From Microcoleus sp. (lineage in GTDB: Bacteria > Cyanobacteriota > Cyanobacteriia > Cyanobacteriales > Microcoleaceae): 64,000 nucleotides of DNA. The notes under the pieces were generated by a model. The model did no database searches and was not told the DNA's origin. It saw only the letters and a program-made list of their open reading frames with translations. The translations under genes were made by a program, and so were the position numbers. Shown piece by piece: positions 19,799-30,526 of this stretch. Numbering within the stretch: the first letter of the stretch is position 1; each line of letters starts with the position of its first letter. Location of the stretch: the NCBI GenBank assembly GCA_042408215.1, contig JAYFMW010000030.1, forward strand, positions 64,001 through 128,000, read 5' to 3'.

Positions 19799-20140
19799 AT
19801 CTACTGGGGGCTGTTAACTGGAGTGATAGATGCTCAAAACCGGGTTTGTTAAACTCTACTAACTAGAGCTTGTTATTAAAGTTTTAATTGACGCTCCAGA
19901 GCCATCGCATTTTGTATCGATTTCTCTAATTATATGAGTAATAATCCTAAAGTTGATAGCTGTGCGCTCCTAGGGCTGACTGATACCAGTATAGTTGGCG
20001 ATTGCAACTGAGTCTCCCCTCTAACAACAGCTAAGTCATTTCCGGCAATGCAAGAAGCAAGAACCATTGCTTGAGAAACACTCTAAGTTAAAAGCTACCC
20101 CCTAGCGGGAGAAGTTAAGAGCTCACCACTTCTTACCGTT

Positions 20141-21382
20141 ATGAATGCTAACAACTTTAATATCAACCCCCACAAAATCTTTCCTGAATCAGCAAGCCAG
20201 CACTCCCCTCAAATTAAAGAAGTGATTGCAGTAATTTTTCCTTTTCTCGCGGATGCACCTGCTGAAGAACATCCCTTCAAATTAAACGATATCGTAAAAA
20301 CAGGCAACCAATACGGTATTGTTACTTCTCTCAACAAAACTGAAAAACCTGTGACAATTACTTGGGACGCAAGTCCCGGCGAAGATTCATTTTCTTGGAC
20401 TTATAACCTCGACGAAATCCGCGCCCTCACAATCTCCATCGTGCCTCAGTTTATCCCTAAAAAGACTGCTGGAGAACTTCCAACTTGCACAACCATCGTA
20501 CTCGCTAATTCCGAACAGGTACAATTTAGTAACGCAACTCGTTTCAAAGTAGAATCACTCACTGAACAGCACATTCTCATCTCTGCTCTCGACCAATTGT
20601 ATCACTTTCCCATCAACTTGTTTCCCGGCTACCCGACAATTTGTACCATAGATATCCCGACACCCCAGCAATTAAAAGCCGCCAGCTATTTATCTGTTAC
20701 CGATATCATAATCAGAGCTAAAACGCATTTAGCTATCGAAGTACCCGACAACTTTTTAGAATTCGCTATGCCAATCTACAAACAGCAGTTAAAAGAAAAA
20801 ATAGCTCAACAATTGAGCGAAGAAAATTACCAACTTCTCGACTTTCACATAGCTTGGGAAGAAGCCTGGAAGCAGCAGTTAGAAAACCTAACAAAGAAAC
20901 AAAGCTTCTACGGATTTAGAGAGGGAGATTGCATTTTACAGCACCGAGAAGGATTTCAACGAATGGGGAGAGTCCAACACTTGAACGTTGAAGAGCCACG
21001 TCCATTTCACATCCATTGGGACAGCGGAGAACTCCTAAGTTACAGCTTGACAGAACTCAAAGGTTTGGGTATTTACCGCATCAAACCTATTGTTAAATTA
21101 TCGCCCAATGTGGCTTATCAAATTAGCGAAGACGGCTCCTACTTTACAGCTTGGATTGGGTTTCGTACTAAAGCACTAGCTAAAGCGTGGCTAATACCTG
21201 TCAAAAAGCTAGTCGGCCACCTTAGCAATTTAATTGATTGCCAAATTTCGGAACTTCAACATACAGGTTATAAATACGAGTATGCTGTAGAATGTCCCCG
21301 ACATAAAACATTAAACAAGCGTTTAGAAGCTCTCGCCAAAGTTGCTGAACTTGATTTAGAAAGGACGCCATTTAGGAGATGA
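20141..21382 (+). CDS. Hypothetical protein with two SH3/KOW-like repeats
   Basis: 413-aa ORF; FKLNDIV...ITWD...SWTY and FREGDCI...IHWD...LLSY similar segments. Confidence 0.7.
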   Translation: MNANNFNINPHKIFPESASQHSPQIKEVIAVIFPFLADAPAEEHPFKLNDIVKTGNQYGIVTSLNKTEKPVTITWDASPGEDSFSWTYNLDEIRALTISIVPQFIPKKTAGELPTCTTIVLANSEQVQFSNATRFKVESLTEQHILISALDQLYHFPINLFPGYPTICTIDIPTPQQLKAASYLSVTDIIIRAKTHLAIEVPDNFLEFAMPIYKQQLKEKIAQQLSEENYQLLDFHIAWEEAWKQQLENLTKKQSFYGFREGDCILQHREGFQRMGRVQHLNVEEPRPFHIHWDSGELLSYSLTELKGLGIYRIKPIVKLSPNVAYQISEDGSYFTAWIGFRTKALAKAWLIPVKKLVGHLSNLIDCQISELQHTGYKYEYAVECPRHKTLNKRLEALAKVAELDLERTPFRR

Positions 21383-21591
21383 GTGGGAAGTAGCAAGCAT
21401 TTCGTAGGGTGTGGACGGTTCTTTTTTGCTGGGACAAAACACAGAAAAATTTCCTATTTGTCTTAAAAGTTTTATTAACAAGACTTAGGAATCTTCCTTG
21501 CCCGGAATCTAAAAAACCTACTCTTGAAAGACTCCCCCGTCAAGCTAACGCTTAATCAGAGGTTGAGAAAATTAGTAATGGACGCTAACTA

Positions 21592-23016
21592 ATGATTCAA
21601 ACCTTACTCGAACAACCCCAAAAACTTACACAATTTCCCTTCACGCTCAAACCGCAACAGCAGCAAGCCATCGACAAATTAAGAACCTTTCTAACCACTA
21701 CCGAGTCATTCTTATTGCTGTGCGGCTATGCAGGAACTGGAAAATCCACAATCGTCTTTCAAATTATCCAAGAACTCTTGAGTCAAAGCAAGCGCATTGC
21801 CCTCACAGCACCTACTAACAAAGCAGTCGGCATCCTCAGAAAAATGGCAGCGTCTCAAGGCATTTTCGGAGTAGATTTTATGACAATACACCAACTTTTA
21901 GGATTAGGCATGGTCAGAAAAGAACAAGAAAAAGCCTTGTCACAGACAAGTTCCAGCAGCCTTCACCTCTACGATATCATCTTCCTCGACGAATGTTCGA
22001 TGGTTGGAAGCGAATTGTGGAAATGGATAGAACGCAATTTTGAACGCACATTCTTCAATCACCGCAAGCTAATTTTAATGGGCGACCCCGCTCAGCTAAA
22101 TCCTGTAGGAGAAAAAAAGTCGCCTGCTTTCAGCATTACCAATAAAGCTGTACTGACCCAAGTTGTCAGGCAAGCAGGGGAAAGCCCTGTGCTCGATTTC
22201 CTAACAGAATGCCGTTCTTTTGTCAATAGCAAAGCAGACATATTTTTGCCACACTCTAAATACAAAAAAGGAGACAAGTCAAACGGTGCATTCAGAGTCA
22301 AATCAGAAACGCTGCTACAATATGCTGTCAAAACGATCGATCTGGAATTTAGTCAAAATCCCGATCGCTTCAGAATTCTGTGCTGGACTAACAAACGAGT
22401 CAGATACTACAATCAGCTTATCAGAGAGCAAGTCTACGGTCAAGCTGCACCCAGATTTGTACCGGGAGAAAGGCTAATTACCAAAAAACCAGTCATGGCA
22501 CCTGACGGCAAAACCGTAATTTTGCCGACTTCAACGGAATTTACCGTCAAGGAAGTTGAGATTAACCAGCACTGCGGCTATCGAGTTTGGCTGCTAAAGA
22601 TTGTGACTGATGACGGTCTTTTTCGGCAAATATTTGTCCTGCACGAGTCCGAAAATAAGCGTTACCAGGCTGAACTTAAAGAAAAGCTCAAGAGTGCTAA
22701 ACGCAATGGATTTGTTTGGAGGAAATATTACTGGTTCAAAGATGACTTGTTTGCTGAAATTGACAATTGCTTTGCTTTGACAATTCACAATTCGCAAGGC
22801 AGCACTTTTGATGAAGTTGGCATTGACGGAAACGACCTTTTTAGCAGATTGTTAATTGGCAAAGATTTGAGCAGTCAACAGAAACTTAAAGAGTACCATC
22901 GACTTTATTATGTCGGTGCAAGTCGCTGCCGATATCGGATATTATTTGTTGCCCCCAATGACTCGCACTCAAACAATAAAATTCTCAAGTACAACAGACA
23001 TCTCCTACAAAGATAG
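21592..23016 (+). CDS. SF1B helicase, RecD/Dda-like
   Basis: GYAGTGKS, APTNKA, DECSM, GDPAQL, ALTIHNSQGSTF, YVGASR. Confidence 0.9.
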   Translation: MIQTLLEQPQKLTQFPFTLKPQQQQAIDKLRTFLTTTESFLLLCGYAGTGKSTIVFQIIQELLSQSKRIALTAPTNKAVGILRKMAASQGIFGVDFMTIHQLLGLGMVRKEQEKALSQTSSSSLHLYDIIFLDECSMVGSELWKWIERNFERTFFNHRKLILMGDPAQLNPVGEKKSPAFSITNKAVLTQVVRQAGESPVLDFLTECRSFVNSKADIFLPHSKYKKGDKSNGAFRVKSETLLQYAVKTIDLEFSQNPDRFRILCWTNKRVRYYNQLIREQVYGQAAPRFVPGERLITKKPVMAPDGKTVILPTSTEFTVKEVEINQHCGYRVWLLKIVTDDGLFRQIFVLHESENKRYQAELKEKLKSAKRNGFVWRKYYWFKDDLFAEIDNCFALTIHNSQGSTFDEVGIDGNDLFSRLLIGKDLSSQQKLKEYHRLYYVGASRCRYRILFVAPNDSHSNNKILKYNRHLLQR

Positions 23017-23066
23017 TCAAGAACAGGCAAGATGCATGTTCCACAGCAATTATGGAGATGTCTAAT

Positions 23067-23200
23067 GTAAACTTCTCAACATCGAGGTAAAGTTTTCAAC
23101 ATCGAGGTAAAGTTTTCAACATCGAGGTAAAGTCCTCAACATCGAGGTAAAGTCCTCAACCTCGAGGTAAAGTCCTCAACCTCGAGGTAAAGTCGTCAAC
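23067..23200 (+). repeat. 20-bp tandem direct repeat (6 full units plus a partial), iteron-like
   Basis: Units (A/C)TCGAGGTAAAGT(TT/CC/CG)TCAAC at 23081-23200. Confidence 0.9.
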
Positions 23201-23603
23201 TAGCAAACACATACCTGTGTAGAAAACAGTCAGTAACGATCGACTTTCAGAAAGCTTCTCCATCGGGACTTACGCTGCATTCCTTCTATTTTTACACTAT
23301 CTGTAGTAGTTATAACGCGCGCGATCGATACCCTACAAGTAGAGTCTGTGCGTAAGTCCTATTTATAGAATAAGGGGAAAGGGAAACAGACTGCATTCAC
23401 TTATCTTAACCTAGTTGGATTTTTTCGCGCCGACTACTTATGCAGCGATTTAGATATAAAATGTCCGTGCTTCAAGCCTATGCTTTAAACCGTGGGTTTC
23501 TCCTTCCCCTTCTCGTTTTTTTCCTTCTCACTTTCCTTTCTGGGCCACCATAATAAGTGCTGCTACCGCAGCGGGCAATCGCACCCTTGACACCAGGCTA
23601 ATT

Positions 23604-25106
23604 ATGGCAAAATCTCGACTAACAGGAACACCGCCTAAAGAGGAAAATTTGGAGAGAACAGTTAAGAAAAAACGCTCGACTGCCACAGCACATAATTCTG
23701 CCAAAACTGTGAAGAAATCAGTCAAACCAACAACTGAAACTGACTCGGTTTGCGAACCATCAACAATCTCTCCACAAGAAGTAGAAGCCTTGCAAACTTG
23801 CACGAGTTTTGCAGAACTTCCAGCCGTCGATGTTCCTTCTCTAGAAAGCTTGTCAAATGAGGCAATATTGCCTTCCCCTTCTACTCTCCCATCAGCTATT
23901 GAAGTTGCCTGCAATTCAAGAGAATTAAACGATTATGTACAGGCCCTGAAAGGCATCATTCCCAGCAATAGCAGCCATCCCATTTTGTGCAATATTTTGA
24001 TTGAAGCTGATGTTGAAACTCAACATTTGCATCTGACTGCTTACAACTTAGAATTTGGAATGCAAGTGAGTTTTGATGCCAATGTCAATCAATCTGGAAA
24101 GCTTACCCTCCCCGCACCGATACTTGCTGACATTCTGGGAAAATTTCCTAACGGTAGCCTCACCTTAAAGAGTTCTTCTGAAATTATTAAAGGAAGCGAC
24201 GTTCCATCAGTCAGTGCCACTCTGAGTGCGTCAAGGAGCAAGCACGCCATTCGCGGGCTAGCTGCGGACGAATTTCCGGCTATCCCCAGCGTTCAACAAA
24301 AACTTGTAACGCTTCCTGCTAGCGTGTTAATTGCTGTACTCAAAGCTAGCTTATTTGCTGTCAGTGCGGAGGAAAATAAACGCATTTTAACTGGAGGTAA
24401 TTTTCAACTCAGTCGCGACGCAGACAGAGGACTCGATCAACTGAGAGTTTGGACGACAGACGGGCATCGGGTAGCAATGGTTTTAGGATTGAACGAAAGC
24501 AACAATTCCTATCTTTTGAGCAGTCAAATAGTTAATTTTACTGTCCCTGCTAAGGTACTCCGGTTATTGGAGCGTTCTTTGAATTCCACTGACAAAGTTA
24601 CGATTTACTATGAAGGTTTGCCAGACCAACCTAGTAATTTTGTCGCATTCGAGTGGAAAAATTGGCGGTTGACAGCGAAGTTGCTCGAAGGGCAATATCC
24701 AGTCTGCGACCAAATTATCGCTCCCTACCGACCTGAATTTAGCCATCAAGTGGTGGTTGAGAGGCTGAGCTTTTTAAAAGCCTTAGAGAGGTTAGCTTCT
24801 CACAGCGACAAGTCTCACGTAACAGCTATTTTAGAATTCGATTTAGATGCCCAACAAGTGCGAGCATCACTCAACAATACTCTCAGTTCAGGAACTGAGA
24901 CAGTTGATGCCAAACTATGGGGCTGTGAGTTTCGTCTCAAGTGCGACATCCGCTATTTGATTGATACAGCCAAAGCGATTTCCAGTTCTGATTTGCGGGT
25001 GTTAATGGCAACTCCTACCACTCCCTTACTGATTTCACCGTTTGGAACGCCTGCATCAGGTACAGAGGCTTTAGAGTGCGAATACATTGTCGCTCCGCAA
25101 GAATAA
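23604..25106 (+). CDS. dnaN: DNA polymerase III beta sliding clamp with N-terminal low-complexity extension
   Basis: SHPILCNILIEA, AYNLEFG, ADEFPAIP, TDGHRVA, LLEGQYP. Confidence 0.9.
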   Translation: MAKSRLTGTPPKEENLERTVKKKRSTATAHNSAKTVKKSVKPTTETDSVCEPSTISPQEVEALQTCTSFAELPAVDVPSLESLSNEAILPSPSTLPSAIEVACNSRELNDYVQALKGIIPSNSSHPILCNILIEADVETQHLHLTAYNLEFGMQVSFDANVNQSGKLTLPAPILADILGKFPNGSLTLKSSSEIIKGSDVPSVSATLSASRSKHAIRGLAADEFPAIPSVQQKLVTLPASVLIAVLKASLFAVSAEENKRILTGGNFQLSRDADRGLDQLRVWTTDGHRVAMVLGLNESNNSYLLSSQIVNFTVPAKVLRLLERSLNSTDKVTIYYEGLPDQPSNFVAFEWKNWRLTAKLLEGQYPVCDQIIAPYRPEFSHQVVVERLSFLKALERLASHSDKSHVTAILEFDLDAQQVRASLNNTLSSGTETVDAKLWGCEFRLKCDIRYLIDTAKAISSSDLRVLMATPTTPLLISPFGTPASGTEALECEYIVAPQE

Positions 25107-25278
25107 TCGAAAGGTGGGAGTGGCATCTAAATTTGATGCCCTTTCCTGCCAAAATTTGGAGCCTATTACTGTATAAAACAGGATACTTTGAGTGGTTTTA
25201 TCCGGCACTAAATTGTCTAAAAAATCCTACGGCTCCCCTATCGGGGAATAGTTACCAGAAGTATTCTAACGACTCAAA

Positions 25279-26715
25279 ATGTACCAACCACTGCACCTCA
25301 AATACCGCCCCAAAAACCTACAATAATTAGTGGGTCAAGACACCATCAAAACAACCTTGACCAATGCCATCACCTCCGACAAAATTGCTCAAGCTTACCT
25401 ATTTACTGGCCCCAGAGGAACAGGCAAAACCTCAACCGCTCGCATCCTTGCTAAATCACTCAATTGTTTGAATAGCAAAAAGCCAACCGCCACTCCTTGC
25501 GGAGAATGTTCAAGCTGCAAAACCATTGACTCCTGTTCCAGCTTAGACGTAACTGAAATCGATGCTGCCTCTCACAATGGCGTGGATGATGCCACAGAAT
25601 TAATACAACACAGCAACTTTGCGCCAGCGATGAGCCCTTACCGCATCTGGATTTTAGACGAGTGTCACCAACTCAGTACCAGCGATCAAAATGCTCTCCT
25701 CAAATGCCTTGAAGAACCTCCTGCTCATGTGGTATTTATTCTCTGTACGACTGAAGCACATAAAGTCCTGCCGACAATTATCTCCCGCTGCCAAACTTTT
25801 AACTTCCGAGCCTTGTCAGTTGATGCTATTGTCGGACAATTGCACAAAATTAGCTCCGCTGAATCTATTGCGATCGCAAGTGAGGCCATGCGGGCGATCG
25901 CTCGCACCTGCGACGGGGGGTTAAGAGATGCCCTACAATTACTATCTCAGCTTTCACTGCTAAACTCAGAGATTACCCTAACTCAAGTTGCAGAAGTATC
26001 TGGCAGCATCAGCGAGCAAGAGTCGATCGCCCTTCTCAAAGCCATTCATTCTGGCGATACCTTAAGCGTACTGCAATCTTCGAGAACGCTCATTGACAGC
26101 GGCAAAACCCCCAAACTGATTCTCAGCAGCTTGCTAGCAGCAATGAGAGATTTGCTCATTGTCAAATCAACGCGCCACTGCCAGAATTTAATTGCAGGGC
26201 CAGTAGGCTACTCACAACTGCGATCGATCGCTAGCACTCTAGATTTTGAAACAATTGATGCGGCTTGTACGCAATTGCAAAAATCAGAATCTCAATTGAG
26301 AACTAGCACTAATGCGGCTACCTGGTTAGAAGTCTGCCTGCTGAACTTAATGCTGTTAAGCAAACCTGCGGTCAAGGAAATGCGATCGCCGGCAACTTCC
26401 CAATCTGATCGGCCTGACAAATTTGATAAAATCCCTCAAGAAGTAGAGGCTGATTTTCCTGACTTCGAGACAACTTGGGCGCAAGTAGTAGCAGCAGCCA
26501 AACCAGGCAATCGTAGCCTTTTAAACCGCGCTAAAATTGCCGAACTTTCTGCTGATTCATGTGTGTTAGCAGTAGAAAGAAAATACGCGAACAAGTTTCA
26601 GAGTCACCTTGAATCCGTGCAGCGTATTGTTACTAAAGCTTTAGGCCGCTCTGTTACTGTTACTTTAGCAGGGGAGTGGGGAATGGGGAGTGGGGAGTGG
26701 GGAAGTAGGGAGTAG
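25279..26715 (+). pseudogene. dnaX: DNA polymerase III gamma/tau; in-frame TAA at codon 16 (25324-25326), possible restart at GTG 25330
   Basis: MYQPLHLKYRPKNLQ*LVGQD; GPRGTGKTS, Cys zinc motif, EIDAAS, DECH, TIISRC. Confidence 0.88.
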
Positions 26716-26857
26716 GGGAAGAAGGGATGTTTTCATAAGGCCTTCAATTCATCAAGTTATGGTTTAATTGTGGGGAGTGGGGCAATAAGGGAGAAGCCGC
26801 ACTACAGCTCTAAGCGAGAAAGTTCTACTCCCTCACCACTTCCCACTCCCCACTCCC
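26671..26857. repeat. STRR-type heptamer arrays (GGGGAGT then ACTCCCC), left flank
   Basis: G-rich tandem units at 26671-26719 and 26770-26783; C-rich units at 26824-26857. Confidence 0.85.
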
Positions 26858-27231
26858 TAATTCTTGCTCTGAAGAGAACGGATGAGAGCGCGAAGCAACC
26901 GTCCAACAGAGTCGCACTGATTCAAAATAGGGCTAACTGCCTGAACTGTTGTCAATTCAACCCTAGCTGATAATAGTAGGTGAGTTTCCAACTCCTTAAG
27001 AGACCCCTGTGCTACTCGAAGAAACTGAATGTATTCGGCTCGATATTCTCGACCATATCCCTCAGCAATATTTGCTGGGATAGAGGCTGCCGATCTCCGA
27101 ATTTGTGAAATCATTCCATAAATTTCCTCTCTCGGGAAACTTTTGGTAATTTTATAAGAAGCTTCTGCTAGATTCATTCCTTCTTTCCAGACTTCTAAAT
27201 CCCGATAAGAGCGGATTGGTGAATTTGTCAT
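26857..27231 (-). CDS. Four-helix bundle protein (23S rRNA IVP-like, TIGR02436-type)
   Basis: YRDLEVWK...FPREEIYGMISQIRRSAASIPANIAEG...GSLKELETHL. Confidence 0.92.
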   Translation of the reverse strand: MTNSPIRSYRDLEVWKEGMNLAEASYKITKSFPREEIYGMISQIRRSAASIPANIAEGYGREYRAEYIQFLRVAQGSLKELETHLLLSARVELTTVQAVSPILNQCDSVGRLLRALIRSLQSKN

Positions 27232-27244
27232 CTTAATTGAGAAA

Positions 27245-27490
<246 letters not shown>

Positions 27491-27533
27491 TTTCTCTAGT
27501 AACTATTTACACAAAACAGGAGAAATTGATAGC

Positions 27534-28490
27534 ATGATTAGCATCCTAATTGGGAATGATACCTACGCAATTGAACGAGAAGTTGAAAATTTTAAGACTC
27601 AAACTCATCCTCTCTGGCGAGATTTCAACATCCACCGCTTCGATACTTCTTCCCTGGATGCAGCCCTCTCTGCTGCTGCTTCAGTTCCTTTCGGCGGAGG
27701 AAACAAACTTATTGTCGTTGAAAATTGCGATTTCAAGCAATTTGGAGAAATGGGGCTAGAATTGCTGCAAATTTTGCCCCAATTACCTGTTACAACGCAC
27801 TTAGTCTTCACTGCTGCTGTTATCGACAAACGGCTCAAGGTAGTCAAGCATTTATTGCTGTTTGGTAAACTTAAGGAGTTTACTCTCATTCCCCCTTGGC
27901 GTACTGATTTAATTGAAAGTGCGATCGCTGCTACTGCTAAACAAAAGAATCTCTCAATTGCCAGAGATGCTGTCAGTTATCTAGCGGTAGCGATTGGTAA
28001 CGATTCTGCTAGAAGAGTTAGTGAACTGGAGAAATTAGCCATTTATGCTGCGGGATCTCGCATTACCAAAGAAGCTGCTAAAATCCTCGTTCCAGCTACC
28101 ACAGCCAACTGTTTTCAACTGGCAGAAGCTCTTTTAAAAGGTCAAGCAGTGGCGGCAATTAAGGTGCTTGATGAATTGCTATCTCGGGCAGAGTTTTCTT
28201 TAGCAATTATTGCTACTCTTCAAACTCAGTTTAAAACTTGGCTGTGGGTAAAAGCTACTCTGGATTCCGGCGGCAAACTTTCTGATAGTGAAATTGCTAG
28301 TATGTGCGGAATTAGTAACCCCAAACGGCTGTATTTCCTTAAGCAGGAGGTTAAGGAAGTATCTGCGAACTTCTTAAGTCGATCGCTCTCCATTTTGTTT
28401 GATTTAGAAATTGCTCTCAAAACAGGAGATAAGCCTGACTCGATGTTGCCTGCTTTGCTCAGCATCACTCAACTCACTCACCTTAACTAA
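27534..28490 (+). CDS. holA: DNA polymerase III delta subunit
   Basis: SVPFGGGNKLIVV, IDKRLK, IPPWR, AIGND...ELEKL, NPKRLYFLKQEV. Confidence 0.88.
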   Translation: MISILIGNDTYAIEREVENFKTQTHPLWRDFNIHRFDTSSLDAALSAAASVPFGGGNKLIVVENCDFKQFGEMGLELLQILPQLPVTTHLVFTAAVIDKRLKVVKHLLLFGKLKEFTLIPPWRTDLIESAIAATAKQKNLSIARDAVSYLAVAIGNDSARRVSELEKLAIYAAGSRITKEAAKILVPATTANCFQLAEALLKGQAVAAIKVLDELLSRAEFSLAIIATLQTQFKTWLWVKATLDSGGKLSDSEIASMCGISNPKRLYFLKQEVKEVSANFLSRSLSILFDLEIALKTGDKPDSMLPALLSITQLTHLN

Positions 28491-28493
28491 CAG

Positions 28494-28527
28494 GAAAGCG
28501 CTGCCGAATTAACTTCGGCAGCCTTTC
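28494..28527. terminator. Bidirectional terminator-like hairpin
   Basis: GCTGCCGAA-TTAAC-TTCGGCAGC between convergent genes. Confidence 0.65.
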
Positions 28528-28559
28528 ATTAACCGCTTGGATCGGTATTTTAGCGAGAA

Positions 28560-28793
28560 TTAATCACGGGCTAACCACCAAATGAATGCTCCAACAGCGA
28601 CTACAGGTACTGCAACTGCAATAACGGGTGCGATCGCGACTGATGTTACTGTTCCTGCCGCTGTGGTCACAGTAGCAATACCAACGCCACCAGTAGTAGA
28701 AGCAATTCCAGTAGCAGTTACACCAGTAGCGGTGGCTAATTTGGCGGCAATTAAAGCACCGCCGGCAGTAGTGGCTAAACCATTATTGTTCAT
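28560..28793 (-). CDS. Small Ala/Gly/Thr-rich membrane protein (77 aa)
   Basis: AAGGAG RBS; hydrophobic; C-terminal VPVVAVGAFIWW paralogous to 29239. Confidence 0.75.
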   Translation of the reverse strand: MNNNGLATTAGGALIAAKLATATGVTATGIASTTGGVGIATVTTAAGTVTSVAIAPVIAVAVPVVAVGAFIWWLARD

Positions 28794-28872
28794 AATTGAA
28801 GGACTCCTTTGAAGTTGAAGGTAATAAGGCGATCGAAAAAGAAAATTATCCCTTGATAATTCTGCCTTTCTG

Positions 28873-29106
28873 CTAATTGACTTTGCTAACTTTTGCGATA
28901 TCCGACTTTTTCCCATTTCTCGGATTATCTATTGTGCGCCAGGAATCGTCATTGAAATCGATTAGGACTTCTTGACCTACATCTACCCCAAGACTGTCGG
29001 GATACCAGACAATATAGCGATCGCCACTCTTGGCTTGAGCAAGTATTTTATAATTGGGATACTCAAGTCCGAAAGACTGTAAAACTTTAAACGATTCTGT
29101 TCTCAT
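28873..29106 (-). CDS. Small soluble beta-rich hypothetical protein (77 aa)
   Basis: AGGAG RBS; clean ORF in the microprotein cluster. Confidence 0.7.
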   Translation of the reverse strand: MRTESFKVLQSFGLEYPNYKILAQAKSGDRYIVWYPDSLGVDVGQEVLIDFNDDSWRTIDNPRNGKKSDIAKVSKVN

Positions 29107-29238
29107 TCTATGCTCCTGTTGTCAGATATATCTTTGTTAATTAGTAAGTAGTTGCCGAAGTCGAAGCAAATAATTTGAAAATATTCGGCAGCTACTTGAG
29201 TTTTAGCACCCATAAAATTAGCCGACACACCCTATATG

Positions 29239-29496
29239 TCAATCTTCTTGAGAAGCAGCCCACCAAATTAGTCCGCCGATCGCCACCAGTGGAATAGCCA
29301 CTACTGCAATAGTTGCGAGGGTAGAACCCATCGTGGCAATGGGAGCAAATTTGGAAGCCAAGAGTGTACCACTAGCCAGCCCGTTGCCTAAGTTAGAAAA
29401 ATCATGCTTATGTGGCGCGTGGTAGTGGTAGTGAGGAACGTGGTGATGGGGAAGGTGATGTGATAGTTTTAGGCTTTCTGATTTTTCGTGTGTCAT
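29239..29496 (-). CDS. His-rich membrane microprotein (85 aa)
   Basis: AGGAGG RBS; HHLPHHHVPHYHYH then GNGLASGTLLASK...IPLVAIGGLIWW. Confidence 0.78.
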   Translation of the reverse strand: MTHEKSESLKLSHHLPHHHVPHYHYHAPHKHDFSNLGNGLASGTLLASKFAPIATMGSTLATIAVVAIPLVAIGGLIWWAASQED

Positions 29497-29654
29497 ATTT
29501 CCTCCTGATTTAGTTCAGTTAGTTGTTCCCCTTCAAGAAACCGGGTTTCTGTTGTTAGACAAGCGGATATTTAGTTGCTCCCTTTAAGAAACCCGGTTTC
29601 TGAAATCAATGGCAAAGTATGGCGAAATTAGCCATCTCTAATGAGGGAAATATA

Positions 29655-29882
29655 CTATGATTTCCCATTAGTTAATGAGCTTATTACTGCCGTTGAAATC
29701 GCACCCATTGGATCCACACCAGTCACAGCTAAAATCAGTCCTACAGTTAAGATGCTGAGATTAATAATCCCGTTGGCATTTTTAACAGGGGAGTGCGGTA
29801 AACCGTGAGGATGAGGAATATGTAAGTGATGATGACCCGAACAGTGGTTTCCATGCACAGCGCAATAGTGGTTGTTTAACAT
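29655..29882 (-). CDS. His/Cys-rich membrane microprotein (75 aa)
   Basis: GAGG RBS; His-rich N-terminus plus hydrophobic helix. Confidence 0.72.
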   Translation of the reverse strand: MLNNHYCAVHGNHCSGHHHLHIPHPHGLPHSPVKNANGIINLSILTVGLILAVTGVDPMGAISTAVISSLTNGKS

Positions 29883-29972
29883 GAGTTTCCTCTTGATGTT
29901 GTTGAGTATTTTTGAGCTGTTTGAGGGTTGATAATGGCTATCAACAGGTGTTGATAGCCAATCAACTATTGG

Positions 29973-30131
29973 CTAAGAAAACCAGTTTAAAAAGAAAACT
30001 GCTCCTTCAACCAGCCAGTCGATCAAAAACGTATCCTGGTCCCCTATCGAATTCATATCTGTGTGATGAATTTGATGGGCGTGAGGCTCGTGAAAGTGAA
30101 AATTGTGTTCGCGGTCGAATTGTCCGTGCAT
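29973..30131 (-). CDS. His-rich microprotein (52 aa, not in the ORF track)
   Basis: Hand translation MHGQFDREHNFHFHEPHAHQIHHTDMNSIGDQDTFLIDWLVEGAVFFLNWFS; GGAG RBS. Confidence 0.7.
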   Translation of the reverse strand: MHGQFDREHNFHFHEPHAHQIHHTDMNSIGDQDTFLIDWLVEGAVFFLNWFS

Positions 30132-30277
30132 TTATTTATCTCCGTTTTGGATTAACTGAACTTTGATAGCTCAAGCCTAGAGCATTAACAATTTTTCTGT
30201 CAACCGTTGAAGATCAATTAATATCCAATTTCTTGAAAGTCTTAATTGATAAGACTTTCCAGGTTTTGCCTGATATT

Positions 30278-30420
30278 CAAATTGAATTCAGTTGTATTCA
30301 ACTTGAATGCAACTGAATTCAATTTGTATTCAATTGAATCTTCTAAATTAGTTCAAACTTTTGATCCACGAATTGATAATAGTTCTAAGCTTTTTTCCAA
30401 AATTCAACTTGAATTCAATT
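30278..30420. promoter_or_regulatory. 49-bp near-perfect palindrome plus additional TTCAAnTTGAA sites in a divergent intergenic region; candidate operator
   Basis: 24-bp arms 30278-30301 and 30303-30326 with 1 mismatch; motif recurs at 30401-30420. Confidence 0.6.
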
Positions 30421-30526
30421 AATATCGTTCTGCAAATTTACTAAATTAGAAGGAGAGTGCAAGAAGCTCACTCATCTTTGAGTTTCCCTCTTATTTCTAA
30501 TCGGCTTAAATAGCTAGGAGAAAAAT

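Noticed and set aside
23067..23200. CRISPR array
   Set aside because: Units are contiguous with no spacers
28582..28812. Plus-strand Ala/Thr-rich ORF
   Set aside because: Shadow of the 28560-28793 gene, which has an RBS and a paralog
29912..30166. 84-aa plus-strand ORF
   Set aside because: Antisense shadow of the better-supported 52-aa minus-strand gene with an RBS
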